Assembly (NCBI RefSeq): GCF_006345805.1
Contig: NC_043007.1
Coordinates: forward strand, 67,270,001 to 67,334,000
DNA length: 64,000 nt
Reading direction: 5' to 3'
From: Octopus sinensis
Lineage: Eukaryota
A program made the position numbers and the translations under genes. This document shows positions 25,640 to 38,940 of this stretch, piece by piece (the first letter of the stretch is position 1; the number at the start of each line of letters is the position of its first letter). The notes below the pieces were generated by a model. That model was not told the origin of the DNA, made no database searches, and saw only the letters and a program-made list of their open reading frames with translations.

Positions 25640-28540
25640 TATGATCTAAAAATCATCCTGGACAACTTTCTTCAGCTTCGCAGAGCAGAGACAATTCCAG
25701 AGAAAGGAGTAAGGGTGAAAGTAGAGGAAGTCCTCTATGATAACCCTTTCTGGTTCTCAGCTGACATCTTTAAAAAGCTAAAAAGTGGGAGGCTGATATT
25801 TCTTCGTATCAGGGAAGATCTTCCGGTCCATCATTGCCATAGGTCGATAACATATCTACTCACCAATGAGTACAGTGACACAGGTGTCCAAAAAGAGGGA
25901 GTCCCAGTGCACTCTGGATGCCTTGAACATACAATGGCAATCAGCCTGATCATTAAAAAAGTAAAGAACAATAGCTCTCAGTAAATCTTAACCACGTGTT
26001 CTCCATCAGCTACCGCAAATCCTCGAGTATAGTCCGCCCTTGAGTATAATACGCAGGGGATTTGTAGGGGGCTGTACCTATGAAAAACCTAAACCTTGTG
26101 TATAATATGCACCCCCTTCTCTAACTTGAGTCAAGGAGGTCTATATAACGTCCTTGGTTTGTAAAAATGTATACGGTAACGTCCTTTATTATTATTGTAT
26201 ATATAACATAATGCAAACGTGTAGCTTGTTTGTGCATTTTGTTTGCAGAAAATAAAGAAAATAACAGTAATAACAGTAATAACGTTTAATAAATGTTGCT
26301 TACTGCAAGTTATGGATGGTTCTTTTATGACTTCATTGCTTTCAGACTTAGCTTAAGGTATTTTCGCGCCCGACATCACAAAATGTGTCTGAATAAACAT
26401 TGCCGGACAGCAAATAGAGACTCGGACATTGCTTAGAAAATATTTTTCATTTTTAACCTCATATATAGTACGCACTAAAGATTTTGACCTTTAAATTTTG
26501 GGGGAAAAATGCGGATTATACTCGTGAATTTACGGTAATCTAAGTAGAAATGCTTGTGAGGTCGCACATAGATTTACTAAAGAGTTCACTGTGGGAAATT
26601 TCACCACCAAATGGCAGAGACTTGAGCAGGACTTAATAGCAAAGTGTATGTTTATCCGCGGTCTAGTTCGTGGCTGCCACAAGACTTGTGGGGAAAGCAC
26701 TCACAAGGACCAGAAACTGATGACAATACAGATCATCTATGAAAACTCAGTCTGCAGGGTCTTCATTAATAATTTGTTATCATTCATGAACGCTCTGTAC
26801 TTATAGTACTATCAGCCCAAGGAACGCGGCAAACTCCCAGCTCGCCGGAGAAGATGATTGCATAGTCATGTATGAAATTCAACCCAAGGAAATCTTAGAA
26901 CTTGAGTATCCTGAAAAGAAAACTAGCAAACAATTACAACAGTATTCATAGATTTGAGATTCCAGCAATTCGGAAGAAGAAAGTGTAACAGTGCTAAAGA
27001 CTTCCAAAATGGCGTCACTACAAAAGCCTATGCCTTGGGAAGAAGTATGACAGTATCTAAAAAGACAACGGAAACACCAAAGACACTATGGCTCAATTAA
27101 ACAACTACTCAGAGCAGTTGACAATAACTAACTATTTCTGTAGTGTTTCCAGTATGGCATCATATCTAAACTGCTGGAGGCAATGGAAATGTTGTGCCGT
27201 AAATTCAGGCAAAGATGGCTGAGTGTTCCCCCAAGCTTTAATTCGGCCAACTTGTATAGCAAAATATTGCCAAGTTCCGTTTACTAATTCTATTGGTGGT
27301 AGAAGAATTAAAAGCCACTAAAGTAAGAGCAGTCAGCACCATTGCTACTATCTGAGGAAAAGAATCAGATACCCCAAGACCATTAAGAGTGGCAAGAAGT
27401 GGGAGCCCAAGGAAGCTGTAAAGAAAGCTGTAACTGGGCGCATTAAGTATATTTTGTGGTGGCTTGACAAGGACAACTGGCATTTGGCAACCAGAACACC
27501 AAGAAGTTGAACAAGGCTAATGACGGAGGCACTTGAGAAAACTAGAGAGCTCATAGTGCAGAGGATCCAAGCAACAACAGAGGAAAAGATCCGAATAAAA
27601 GCGATAGGGCTTGCCTGCAGGGACAGTGGATATTGTAAGACTTGGCATTCAAGTAACCCCTATTCTGGAGAGAATTCTGGAGTACTGACATAGGAACTTG
27701 TCCTCCAGCCCGTGTGCTGCCGATTACCTCTTGTAAACCCCCATACAGCCTCAGAATTTGAAGCAAAGATTAAAACCCATCCTTCAAGTAGTGCAGAGCA
27801 ATTCTTTGGACCCTGAACCACGTTTTGACTGGAAGCCCTAGGCCGTGTTGAGACACGATAAGGTCCATATGGTTATTGCCAAGTGAAAAAACTTGTAGAG
27901 GTTTAATGAAAATCATGTAATAGTATTCACCTTCCAAAGGCGATAAGGTTCCTAAAATAAATGCAGTTGTGAAAGATGGATCCATTTTCTATTTTGCATC
28001 AAGCCTCTGACAGGGCGATGTAAGTTGACCTGAATTGTACACTAACAAGAGGATGTAAGTTGACCTGAATTGGCAGTTACGGACATGGTTTTTCTATCCA
28101 GGAGTATAAAAATAAACATTGTGTCTGAACTCACAATACCCTTGCAGGACAGACTTGCCATTTTTCAATAACCGAAGAAAGCCAAACACCAAGACTTGGT
28201 TGATGAGACTTTTTTCGAAGGCTGACATGCAGCTTCATTCTCCAGTGAAGTCGGCTGCTGTGATTTCCCAGCAATATAGGTGCGCTATTGCAGAAGATTG
28301 ATTTGGAAATCAAACAACTAAATAAAGCCACTAGGGAGGTAGTAATGGCAGCTAGGACCAGCTCGTGGTGGTTGTAGTTGACAAAGGACCGAAGATGAAA
28401 TACATCTGGAAGTAAAAGATAATTCATTCAGCACTGTCCCATTCAAGTGAAGTCCACAAGCTAAGGAAACGTTTGTGACCCTGAAATATCTGTTGAAGAG
28501 ACAGAAACGTTTCCAACATTGCAGTAGTCTTAGTTATCAT
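25640..28540 (+). mobile_element. HERO-like (RLE-type) non-LTR retrotransposon relic
   Basis: DTGVQKEGVP..SGCLEHT, FTTKWQRLE, MKFNPRKS, VVEELKATKVRAVST, GRKWEPKEAV motifs, scattered over several frames. Confidence 0.6.
26013..26535. mobile_element. pogo/Tc2-like MITE inserted into the HERO-like relic
   Basis: About 25-bp TIR ccgcaaatcctcgagtatagtccgc / gcggattatactcgtgaatttacgg with TA on both sides. Confidence 0.8.
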
Positions 28541-28586
28541 AAGAAAACGAGTTTGCAACATCTTTTAGGAGCTTTTGCTGTCTCTA

Positions 28587-28596
28587 ACTAGAGGCA

Positions 28597-28693
<97 letters not shown>

Positions 28694-28694
28694 A

Positions 28695-28728
<34 letters not shown>

Positions 28729-28730
28729 GC
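28587..28730. repeat. (ATCT)n + (AC)n microsatellite
   Basis: Read directly. Confidence 0.95.
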
Positions 28731-29329
28731 ATTCATATATTTGTGTGTGCGCACACTTATATACATACATAAGTAGATACTTTTCTCTCTGCCTCTCTCG
28801 TTCTCTCATATATACATAAATATTAAGAAATTGGACAGAAAATGAAAGTCAATCACAGGTTAAAGGCAGAAAAATATCTGTGTGTTTGTGCGTAATATAG
28901 AAAGGGATGTACCTGTGCATACTAATGATAACATGTAGCATATGTATGGACATCTGTATATATGTGTATGTACGTGTGTGAATGTGCGTGCTGTGTTAGT
29001 ATGTATGTGCGCTAAGGTAACTCCCACACACAAACACATATGGCGACAAAGAGAGGGAGTGAGAGGAGAGACATAGAGAATAAGAAACAAATTCGCGCGC
29101 GCGAAAACACACACACATATGCAAACCACATACTTGAACAAACAAATATCGATTGAGGGAGAGAGACAACAGGAAAATGCAAAGAGAAGAGATGGATGGA
29201 TTCAATGAATGTGAATGAATGTGGAGCGAAGTCGTAAACGAAAGAGAAAGAGGTAGGGAGGGAGAGAACGAGAGAGACAAATTAAATGAGAGTGAATGAG
29301 AGAAAGAGAAAATTGGATTATAAGAAAGA

Positions 29330-29555
29330 AAGAAACGGAGAAAGAGAGAGTGGGGACGAGATGGTGAGAGCTGGGAGGGAACTGTGCGAGGCTGCAGCCA
29401 CACTTGTCAGCTAGTTGAGCTAACTGTGTTTCCGAAATCGAGTCGTCCGTCCGTCCGTTCCTATGAATAATATTTCGGTATTTCTTCAGATCTGATGTTG
29501 TCTTCATCAGCCGTGTTAGCGGTGGTGTTGAGGGCGTGTAGTCGACCATTGGAAT
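29330..29555 (+). promoter_or_regulatory. Probable 5' UTR/promoter of the ARL-like gene
   Basis: GC- and CpG-enriched unique sequence immediately upstream of the ATG, preceded by a GA-rich tract. Confidence 0.45.
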
Positions 29556-29646
29556 ATGGGAGTACCTCTCAGCTGCCGTGGAGGTAGTGGTGGACACTTG
29601 TTGGGTGGCCCTAGTAAGGTACTTATGGTTGGCCCGACGAAAGCTG
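29556..29646 (+). CDS. ARF/ARL-family small GTPase, coding exon 1 of 4 (MGVPLSCRGGSGGHLLGGPSKVLMVGPTKA-G)
   Basis: ATG at 29556; Gly2/Ser6 myristoylation pattern; beta1 VLMVG plus start of the P-loop; phase-1 donor G|GTAGGT at 29646/29647; lies in a CpG-retaining patch. Confidence 0.85.
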
Positions 29647-29679
29647 GTAGGTCAAATCTATACATACGTACATAAATAA

Positions 29680-29696
29680 ATACACACACACGCACT

Positions 29697-29746
<50 letters not shown>

Positions 29747-30083
29747 ACACACACACACACAGAATATACACTCACACATTTGAAGGTATGTGTATGTCTT
29801 TGTAAGCATGTTCAATCTTGTAATAAAGAAAGTGTATTACCTATGCATATAATGCATATCCGTCTACCTATTAGGAGTGTGTACACACGTACACACACAC
29901 ACACACACACACACCACACACACACAAACACACACACACATATACACACACACTCACACATCCCATTGTTCATTGGTTTGAGTTTAGTCTACAGTTTGTA
30001 GATATATACACATACGGAGAGAAAGTAGAGGCTATCCCCGGAGTACCGTCTTTTATACTCTCGCTCTCTCTCTCGCTCACTCG

Positions 30084-30121
<38 letters not shown>

Positions 30122-30525
30122 CATACATACATACATACATACATACATACTACATACATACATACATACATACATACATGCATACATACATACATACATA
30201 CATACATGCATGCATACATACATACATACATACATACATACATACATACATACACACACCTTTGTTATTTCTCTCGTTTTCGCTCTCTCTCACTCTTTCT
30301 CTCTATTCACACACGCATGTATATATATAAATATATCACCTTGTCTGTTACTATATGTCTGTTTATATATTTGGCTTTATGCCAATTAATCAATCAATCG
30401 ACATAGCTATATTCCTATCCATCTTTCTACCTATCAAACCTAACAATTGTTTTCTCTGTACATATGTTCGTATACCTGTAAACCTTTTATAACTACCTAC
30501 TTCCGCACACACCTCTCATTCTCAT

Positions 30526-30609
<84 letters not shown>

Positions 30610-30634
30610 CCTACCTACCTACCTACCTACCTAC

Positions 30635-30693
<59 letters not shown>

Positions 30694-30747
30694 CTATCTA
30701 TCTATCTATATCTATCTATCTACCTACCTACCTACCTACCTACCTAC

Positions 30748-30791
<44 letters not shown>

Positions 30792-30822
30792 ATCTATCTA
30801 TCTATCTCTATCTATCTATCTA

Positions 30823-30869
<47 letters not shown>

Positions 30870-31030
30870 ATAGATATATATATATATATTTATTCACACA
30901 TATATATATACACACATGCATACACACACATCTTACCTAGCTATCGATTTATCTACGTGGTTAACTGCCTCCTTGCCTGCATGTGTGAGTGCACGCGCGT
31001 GCACATGTGCATGTGTGTGTGTGTGTGTGT
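29680..31030. repeat. Compound microsatellite block (AC, ACAT, ATCT/ACCT, TA, GT) at the start of ARL intron 1
   Basis: Read directly; source of many spurious ORFs. Confidence 0.95.
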
Positions 31031-31389
31031 ATGTTTCCGTTTGTGTATGTCGGATACGTCCCACCCAAATAAATGATAATATCGTTTTTATCGTTGATTT
31101 ATACAGCAATTGCCCTACCTTTTCCCAAACGCAATTTTAAAAAAATACAAAGAGAAAGAATGAAAGTGAAAGTAGATGGGTAGGAAAAGTAAACAAATAG
31201 GGAGAAAAAAAATTGAAATCGTAATTCTTTATCGCCGTCATCACGATCGACGTTATGAAAGTCATCACCAATTTCATTGTAATCGTATTGTCAATGCCAT
31301 CGTCGTTGTCGCCATCATCGTCGTCATCATTATAATGATCAGTATACCATTCACAATTGTTATTTTGAGATTTTGCATTTGTTTACACA

Positions 31390-31427
<38 letters not shown>

Positions 31428-31649
31428 CACACACACATGCACACACACATGCACACGCACCTTTTTGTGTATCATTGATCCCTTATGTTTGTGTAGTTAT
31501 GTTGCCACTGTGTCCAATTAAGGAGGAAATAATAATGATAATAATAATAATCGCCTGATATTTTTTTTTGGGGGGGGGGCAGTTGATTACATCAACCACA
31601 GTGTCTAGCAGGCACTTATTTCAGCGACCCCGAAAGGATGAAAGGCAAA

Positions 31650-31669
31650 GTTGAATAAATAATAATAAC

Positions 31670-31766
<97 letters not shown>

Positions 31767-31985
31767 GATGATGATGATGATGATAATAATAATAATAATA
31801 ATAACAACAATAATAATGATAATAATAATAATGATAATAATAATAATAATAACAATAACAACAACAACAACAACACAACAACAACAACAATAATAATAAT
31901 AATAATAATAACAATAATAATAATGATGATAATAATAATAATAAAAATAATAATAATTAACAATCATCATCATCATCATCATTTA
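31650..31985. repeat. Compound trinucleotide array (AAT/GAT/AAC/CAT)
   Basis: Read directly. Confidence 0.95.
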
Positions 31986-32119
31986 GCGTCCGTTTTCCAT
32001 GCTAGCATGGGTTGGACGGTTTAACTGGGGTCTGTGAAGCCGGGAGGCTTCATCAGGCCCAGTCAGATTTGGCAGTGTTTCTACGGCTGGATGCCCTTCC
32101 TAACGCCAAAATAATAATG

Positions 32120-32699
32120 ATAATTTCCCGGTTCTTTTCATTTTGAGGTCAAATTTGCTTTTTGTCCATCTGGGAGTCAATAAAATAAAGTACCAGTCTA
32201 GTTCTGGGGGAAGGGGTGTCGATGTAATAAACTAACCACTCCTCTTAAAATTTACTGGCCTTGTGAAATCATTATTGAGCTAACAGACTCATTAGAGCAT
32301 CAGAATAGATGCCTTGTGGTATTTGTTCTAGTTGTTTAGGTTCTGAGCTCCAGTCATGCTGGATTCAACTTTGTTTTTCATCCTTTCAGGGTCGGTAAAA
32401 GAAAAATAGCAGTCAAATAATTGACCACTCCTCCCTAAAATTGTTGGCCTTTTGCCAAAATTTGAAATTATTGTTGTTGTTGTTGTTGTTATTATTATTA
32501 TTATTTTTTTTTTTCAAAATGCTTAGTAGCATTTCATGTGCCTTTGTGTTCTAAGTTCAAATTATACTGAGGTCAATTTTGCCTTCCATCCTTTCAGAGT
32601 CAATAAAATAAGTACCAGTTGAGCACTGAGGGTTGATGTAATTGACTCTCTCCTGCCAGGAAGTTGCTGGCCTTGTGCCAAAAATTGAAATCGCTATCA

Positions 32700-32752
<53 letters not shown>

Positions 32753-34393
32753 TATTAAGGTGGTGAGTTGGGAGAATTGTTAGTAAGCTGGGCAAAATGC
32801 TTAGTGACATTTCATCTGTCTTTATGTTCTGAGTTCAAATTCCACCAAGGTCTACTTTGCCTTTCATCCTTTCAGGGTCAATAAATTAACTACCAGTGAA
32901 ACACTGGGGTCGATGTAATCAACTAGTCCCCTCTTCCCAAATTTCAGGCCTTATGCCTTTTGTTGAGCTGGCAGAATCGTTAGCATGCTGGGCAAAATGC
33001 TTAGCGGTATTTTACCTGTCACTATGTTCTCGGTTCAAATTCTGCTGAAGTTGACCTGAGGGTTGATAAATTAAGTACCAGTGAAAGACTGGGGTTGATG
33101 TAATCAACTGGTCCCCTTCCTACAAATTTCAGGCCTTGTACTTGTAGAAAGATTATTATTATTATTAAAGTGGTGAAATGCTTACCGGTATATTGTTCTA
33201 CCGAGGTTAACTTTGCCTTTCATGCTTTTGGGGTCGATAAAAGAAGTACCAGTGAAATACTGGGGTCGATATAATCAACTTGTCCCCTCTCTCAAAATTT
33301 CAGGCCCTGTGCCTATAGCAGAAAGGGCTACAATTATTATTATCATTATTAAGGTGACAAGCTGGCAGAATTGCTAGCATGCCGGGTGAAATGCTTACCA
33401 ATATATTTCCTCTGTTTTTATGTTCTGAGTTCAAATTTCACCAAGGTTGATTTTCCTTTTCTTCCTTTCGTAGTTGATAAAATAAGTACCAGCTGAACAC
33501 AGGGGTTGATGTAATCGAGTCATCCCCTCTCCCAGAATTGGTGCCCTTGTGGCAAAATTTGAAACCATTATTATCATTTTGTTGTTGCCATTACTGGTAG
33601 TGCTGTTATTGACATAACTATTTATTTATTCAGACTTTCCCAAGAAGGAATGACTGCTTCACCAGCAACAATAGCATGTAGCATGTCCTGTATTACCTTA
33701 TCAAAATACTTGAATGTAATGTTTGTGTGCATCAACAATTGGAAGAATGATTATTCACATTTTTGGTGTCTATTTGAGAAATATGTTTTTTTTTGTAAGC
33801 TTTTGTAAATATGTGTATTTTTTTTTCTTTCTGTAAGCTTTTTTACTGGCATATGTGTCGTTTTGTATGCATGAGACAACAGTCCCATAACTAGCTGTAT
33901 GAGCACACATGTGATGCAAGCATGAATTCCATATGTGTGTGCATGCATACTACTATTGTTGTTGGCAAATTAATTGGTTGCTTCCTCCATAAATTGTGGC
34001 TTTGTGACAATTTTCATGATTGTCAACTTCGTTGTTGTCATCATCGTCGTCGTCGTCCTCCTCCTCCTCATCATCATCATCATTGTCATTCTCATCATCA
34101 GCAGCAGTAACAGCAGCACCTTCATCACCTTTGTTATTATGGCTGTTATTATTATTGTTGTTATTGCTGTTGTTATTCAGAGAGTGAGCTTGCAGAAATA
34201 TTAGCATGCCTGACAAAATGTTTAGCAGCATTTGGTCCATCTTTACATGCTGAGTTCAAATTCTGCCAAGGTCAATTTTGCTTTCCATTCTTTCAGGGTC
34301 AATAAAATAGAGACCTGTCAGATGCAGGGGTCAATATAATTGACTCAGCTCCTCCATTAATACTGCTGGCCATGTGCCAGAATTAGAAGGAAC

Positions 34394-34425
<32 letters not shown>

Positions 34426-34862
34426 TATTATTATTATTATTATTACTATTACTATTATTATTATTATTACTATTATTATTATTATACGCTGGGTGAAATG
34501 CTTAGTGGTATTTCATCTGTCGCTACATTCTGAGTTCAAATTCCGCCGGGGTTGACTTTGCTTTTCATCCTTTCAGAGTCGATTAAATAAGTACCAGTTA
34601 CACACTGTGGTTGATGTAATCGACTTAATCCCTTTCCCCAAATTTGAGGCTTTGTGCTTCCAGTTGAAAAAATTATTATTATCATTATTGTGCAGGTGGC
34701 ACGTAAAAAGCACCCACTACACTCGCGGAGTGGTTGGCGTTAGGAAGGGCATCCAGCTGTAGAAACACTGCCAGATCAGACTGGAGCCTGGTGCAGCCCC
34801 TGGCTTCCCAGACCCCAGTCAAACCGTCCAACCCGTGCTAGCACGGAAAGCGGACGTTAAAC

Positions 34863-34893
<31 letters not shown>

Positions 34894-35365
34894 ATTGTCA
34901 AAGGAGGTGAGTTGGCAGAATTATTAGCACACTGGGCAAAATGCTTAGTGGCATTTCCTCTGTCACTACATTCTGAGTTCAAATTCCATCAAAGTCGATT
35001 TTGCCTTTCATCCTTACAGGGTTGATATATTAAGCACCAGTCAAGAGCTGGGGTTGATTTGATCGACTCTATGACCCTTCCCACAAATTCCAGGCCTTGT
35101 GCCTATAGTAGATAGAATTCTTGTTGTTGTTGTTGTTGAAGAACAGTGCTTGACAAAATCAATAAGGGTGCTGGACGAAATGCTTTGAGCTACTTAGTTA
35201 TGTTCCTTTTTACGTTCTGAATTCAAATCAGGCCAAAATTAATTTTGCCTTTCATCCTTCTAGAATCACTAAAATAGGGTACCAGTCAATTATCAGGACT
35301 GATTTGATTGACTACACCATCCCCCAAATTGTGTAGCCTGTATGCCTGTTAGAAATACTTATTCT
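32120..35365 (+). mobile_element. Array of about 11 co-oriented family B SINEs separated by (TTA)n/(TTG)n tracts
   Basis: Copies at about 32125, 32276, 32515, 32757, 32966, 33167, 33351, 34180, 34487, 34898 and 35140. Confidence 0.8.
34693..34890 (+). mobile_element. RTE 3'-UTR-derived short repeat with (GAT)n tail (other copies about 4310-4690, 15865-16040, 18310-18545, 19720-20155, 31965-32108, 41540-41700, 56165-56640)
   Basis: Shared ggtggcacgtaaaaagcaccc...aaccgtccaacccatgctagcatggaaa..gttaaacgatgatg; contiguous with the RTE ORF at 925-1440. Confidence 0.75.
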
Positions 35366-35829
35366 TATTATTGAACTATTAAGTTCAATAGTAAGACTAT
35401 TTCCTTGACTCTGCTGCATCTTAGCTATGTTTAGCTATTCATACTGCCATACCTGTATAAACTCCTGAACTGGAAGCGAATCTCAACAGGACTGCCAGTT
35501 AACAATATTTGGAAAAAAAAAAAGAATTATCCATAATTCTTAATCTGAAAGACTAACAGTGAAGACTATTCATTGTGTCTTAGTTTTTACTAAACGATAG
35601 CAGTATAATTAAAAGTTAAGTATTTATTTATTCAAAGCATCAGTGCAATAAACAGATATGATTTTTTCACCTTCTGTGATCATTCTATCCATCAATGGGT
35701 GGTATGCATATTGATTGATTGCTAGCTTAGACAGTAAAATGTTTGTGGATTGTGTTGTTTGCATCCTTAATGGAGAAGTGAAATTTAGTGGATTGGGTGA
35801 AGGACTACTTCATCAAAGATCTTGAGTTC

Positions 35830-36326
35830 AAATGCAGACAACCTCTTTTTGGCCGAAAATAAAGGACTTCAACCAGTTATAGAGTTCGTCTCTTACGACC
35901 AACGCAGAAAGCTTCACCATAAGTCTTTTGTGTGGCACAGAGTTAAAAGCCTTAGCAAAGTCCAGGTAAACAACATCCACCCAGGATCCGCGATCAGTGA
36001 TTTGGGTAACGTCCTCAAGAAACTCGATGAGTTGATTACAGCAGCTGGAGTTAGGAATAAATCCGAATTGTGACAGCTGGATGAGTCTGTGAGACTTCCA
36101 GAAGTTCCAGAGGGTTTTTCTGATACAGGATTCCATCAGTTTGGCGATGCAGCTAGTAAGTCTAATGGGGCAATAGTTGACAGGCGATGTGCGGTCGCCT
36201 TTTTTGAACAGAGGGATAACACTGGCAGTTTTCCACTGTTCTGGAGTAACACCATTGTCAAGAGTGCTGTCCTAGAATTGTGACAACCTCTTTTCGGCCG
36301 AAAATAAAGGACTTCAACCAGTTATA
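35830..36326 (-). mobile_element. CR1-clade LINE RT fragment
   Basis: QFGFIPNSSC..DVVYLDFAKAFNSVPHKRL..KL; upstream WKTASVIPLFKKGDR..NY. Confidence 0.85.
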
Positions 36327-36544
36327 TGATGATGATGATGATGATGATGAGGAGGAGGAGGTGGAATATAAGGGAGTGAATTACAAAGTTATCAGAGCTT
36401 CACATAGAATTCCTTCCTGTATTTGTTCTGACTCTCCAATCTATGAGTTCAAAACCCACTGAGGCTAACTTTACCTTTCAACTTTCTGGGATGATAAATA
36501 CAGCACTAGTCAAGTCCTGGGGTTTGTTTTTTGCTTCCCTTCTC

Positions 36545-36582
<38 letters not shown>

Positions 36583-37257
36583 CTCTCCTCTTCCCCTTTC
36601 TCTCCATCTCCCTCTCACTCTCATTTCAAATCAGCTAGGTGAAGGAGCAAACAAATGTGTTCACAATGCAGCTCCAGCAATCCTTTTACTACTACTCTGT
36701 GGACATAAGAAAGAAATTTGAGTCAATGAAATAGCAGCCAAATTACACTGTTCACGACCTACTTCCTAAAAAATGAAGAGTACATTGGATGATGTGGTTT
36801 TAAATATGCTATATTTGAATAAAAGACAGGTGGGTTATGTCAGGAATGCTTTTTATGATATGTCTGTTGAATCAGGACTAACAGAAAGCCAAACAACAAT
36901 GACAACAACAACAACAACAACCTTGAAATTAATGTCAAGCCAAAATAGGTCTGTCTTTTTTGTGTCTCAAAACACAGAGGTCATTGTTATTTGCTGTGTT
37001 GGAGGTCAGCTTTATTTATTATTTATTTGTTTTGTCAATCCCATCTACATAATTGACCTTTGTGATATGAAGCCATTATTAATTAACTTCAGTAAAAAAA
37101 CAAAAAAACAATAAAAAACATGTCATTCTTGTAGTTTTTACTTCCTATTTTCTGAGTTGACTTTGCCTATCATAGCCTTAGATGTTTAAAAAATCCAAAG
37201 TGTTTCCCTCCACAAAGAAAGCAGGAAAAAAAACCACAGTCATGGGTCTGTGGGATG

Positions 37258-37640
37258 AATTTTGTATGTATGTATGTATGTATGTATGTATGTATGTATG
37301 TATGTATGTATGTATGCATGTTTGTATGTATGTATATAATGATAATAATAATGAAATTATTGTATACAGTGCTCAGGTGCACTACAACATGTATGTATGC
37401 ATACATGTATGTAAGTATGTATGTATGTATGTATGTATGTATGTATGTATGTATGTATGTATGTATGTATGTATGTATGTATGTATGTATGTATGTATGT
37501 TTGTATGTATGTATATAATGATAATAATAATGAAATTATTGTATACAGTGCTCAGGTGCACTACAACATGTGTGTACGCATACATGCATGTATGTATGTA
37601 TGTATGTATGTATGTATGTATGTATGTATGTATGTATGGT
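37258..37640. repeat. Tandem duplication of a 180-bp unit (unique 72-bp core plus (TATG)n)
   Basis: Core tttgtatgtatgtatataatgataataataatgaaattattgtatacagtgctcaggtgcactacaacatgt at about 37320 and 37500. Confidence 0.9.
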
Positions 37641-38248
37641 TCTAGGTTCAGTCTGTTGCATGGCACCTTAGCTGTGTGTCTTCTACTATAGCCCGAGGCC
37701 TTGTGAGTAAATTGGGCACACAAAAACTGGAAGAAGCCTATCATATATGTACATGTGTATATATATATCTTTTACTTGTTTCAGTCATAAGACTGTGGCC
37801 ATGCTGGGGCACTGCCTTGAAGAATTTTAGTTGAACCTGGTACTTGCTATTTTTTTATAAAGCCTGGTACTTATTCAATCAATCTCTTTAGCCAAACCAC
37901 TAAGTCACAGGGACATAAATGCACCAACACTAGATGTCAAGCGTTGATGGGGGACAAACACATAGACAAAGACACACACACACACACACACACACAATGG
38001 GTTTCTTTCAGTTTCCATCTACCAAATCCATTCACAAGGCTTTGGTCAGCCCGAGGCTATACTAGGAACCATGTGGTTTGGAAGCAAACTTCTTACCACA
38101 TAGCCCACAGCCATGCCTATGTATGTATGTATGTATGTATGTATGTATGTATGTACGTATGTATGTATGTGTATGTATGTATGTATGTACGTATGTATGT
38201 ATGTGTGTATGTATGTATGTACGTATGTATGTATGTATGTATGTATGT

Positions 38249-38280
<32 letters not shown>

Positions 38281-38547
38281 GTGTGTGTATATATATATGC
38301 ATATATATATATGCTGGAGCATATATATGTTGAGGGAGGGGACAAACACAGACACACAAACATATACACACATATATATATATATATATACGACGAGCTT
38401 CTTTCAGTTTCTGTCTACCAAATCCACTCACAAGGGTTTGGTTGACCCAAGGCTATAGTAGAAGACACCTGCCCAAGGTGCCACGCAATGGGAATGATCC
38501 CGGAACCATGTGGTTGGTAAGCAAGCTACTTAACACACAGCCACTCC

Positions 38548-38666
<119 letters not shown>

Positions 38667-38940
38667 TGATATAGATGTGTGTGTGTGTGTTATAGACAGT
38701 GACACTCATTTACAACCTTCAAGTGATATCAAAACAGGACACACACACACACACACACATGCACACAAACACATTTATAAATTTATTATTCTCATAAATT
38801 TATTATTCTTTAACAAGAATAGTATTGACAATGACTTCAAAGTTCCAGTCAGCCACGCCATCATTGTGCTGTGATACATTTGCGTTTGTCTTTGTTAAAC
38901 TAAAATTTTCTAGGATAAGCTTTCTCTTGAGTGATAATTA

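Noticed and set aside
29202-29597. 131-aa minus-strand ORF overlapping ARL exon 1
   Set aside because: GTG start, no recognisable domain, runs into GA-repeat low complexity; explained as the antisense of a GC-rich exon and UTR
29989-32024. Many long ORFs (YLSI, MYVC, poly-I/N/H/Y)
   Set aside because: Translations of microsatellites; the same applies to 37170-38670, 49970-51580 and 63320-63605
32120-35365. Repeat-spacer-like periodicity suggestive of CRISPR
   Set aside because: Eukaryotic context; units are about 200-bp divergent SINEs with microsatellite spacers, and there are no cas genes
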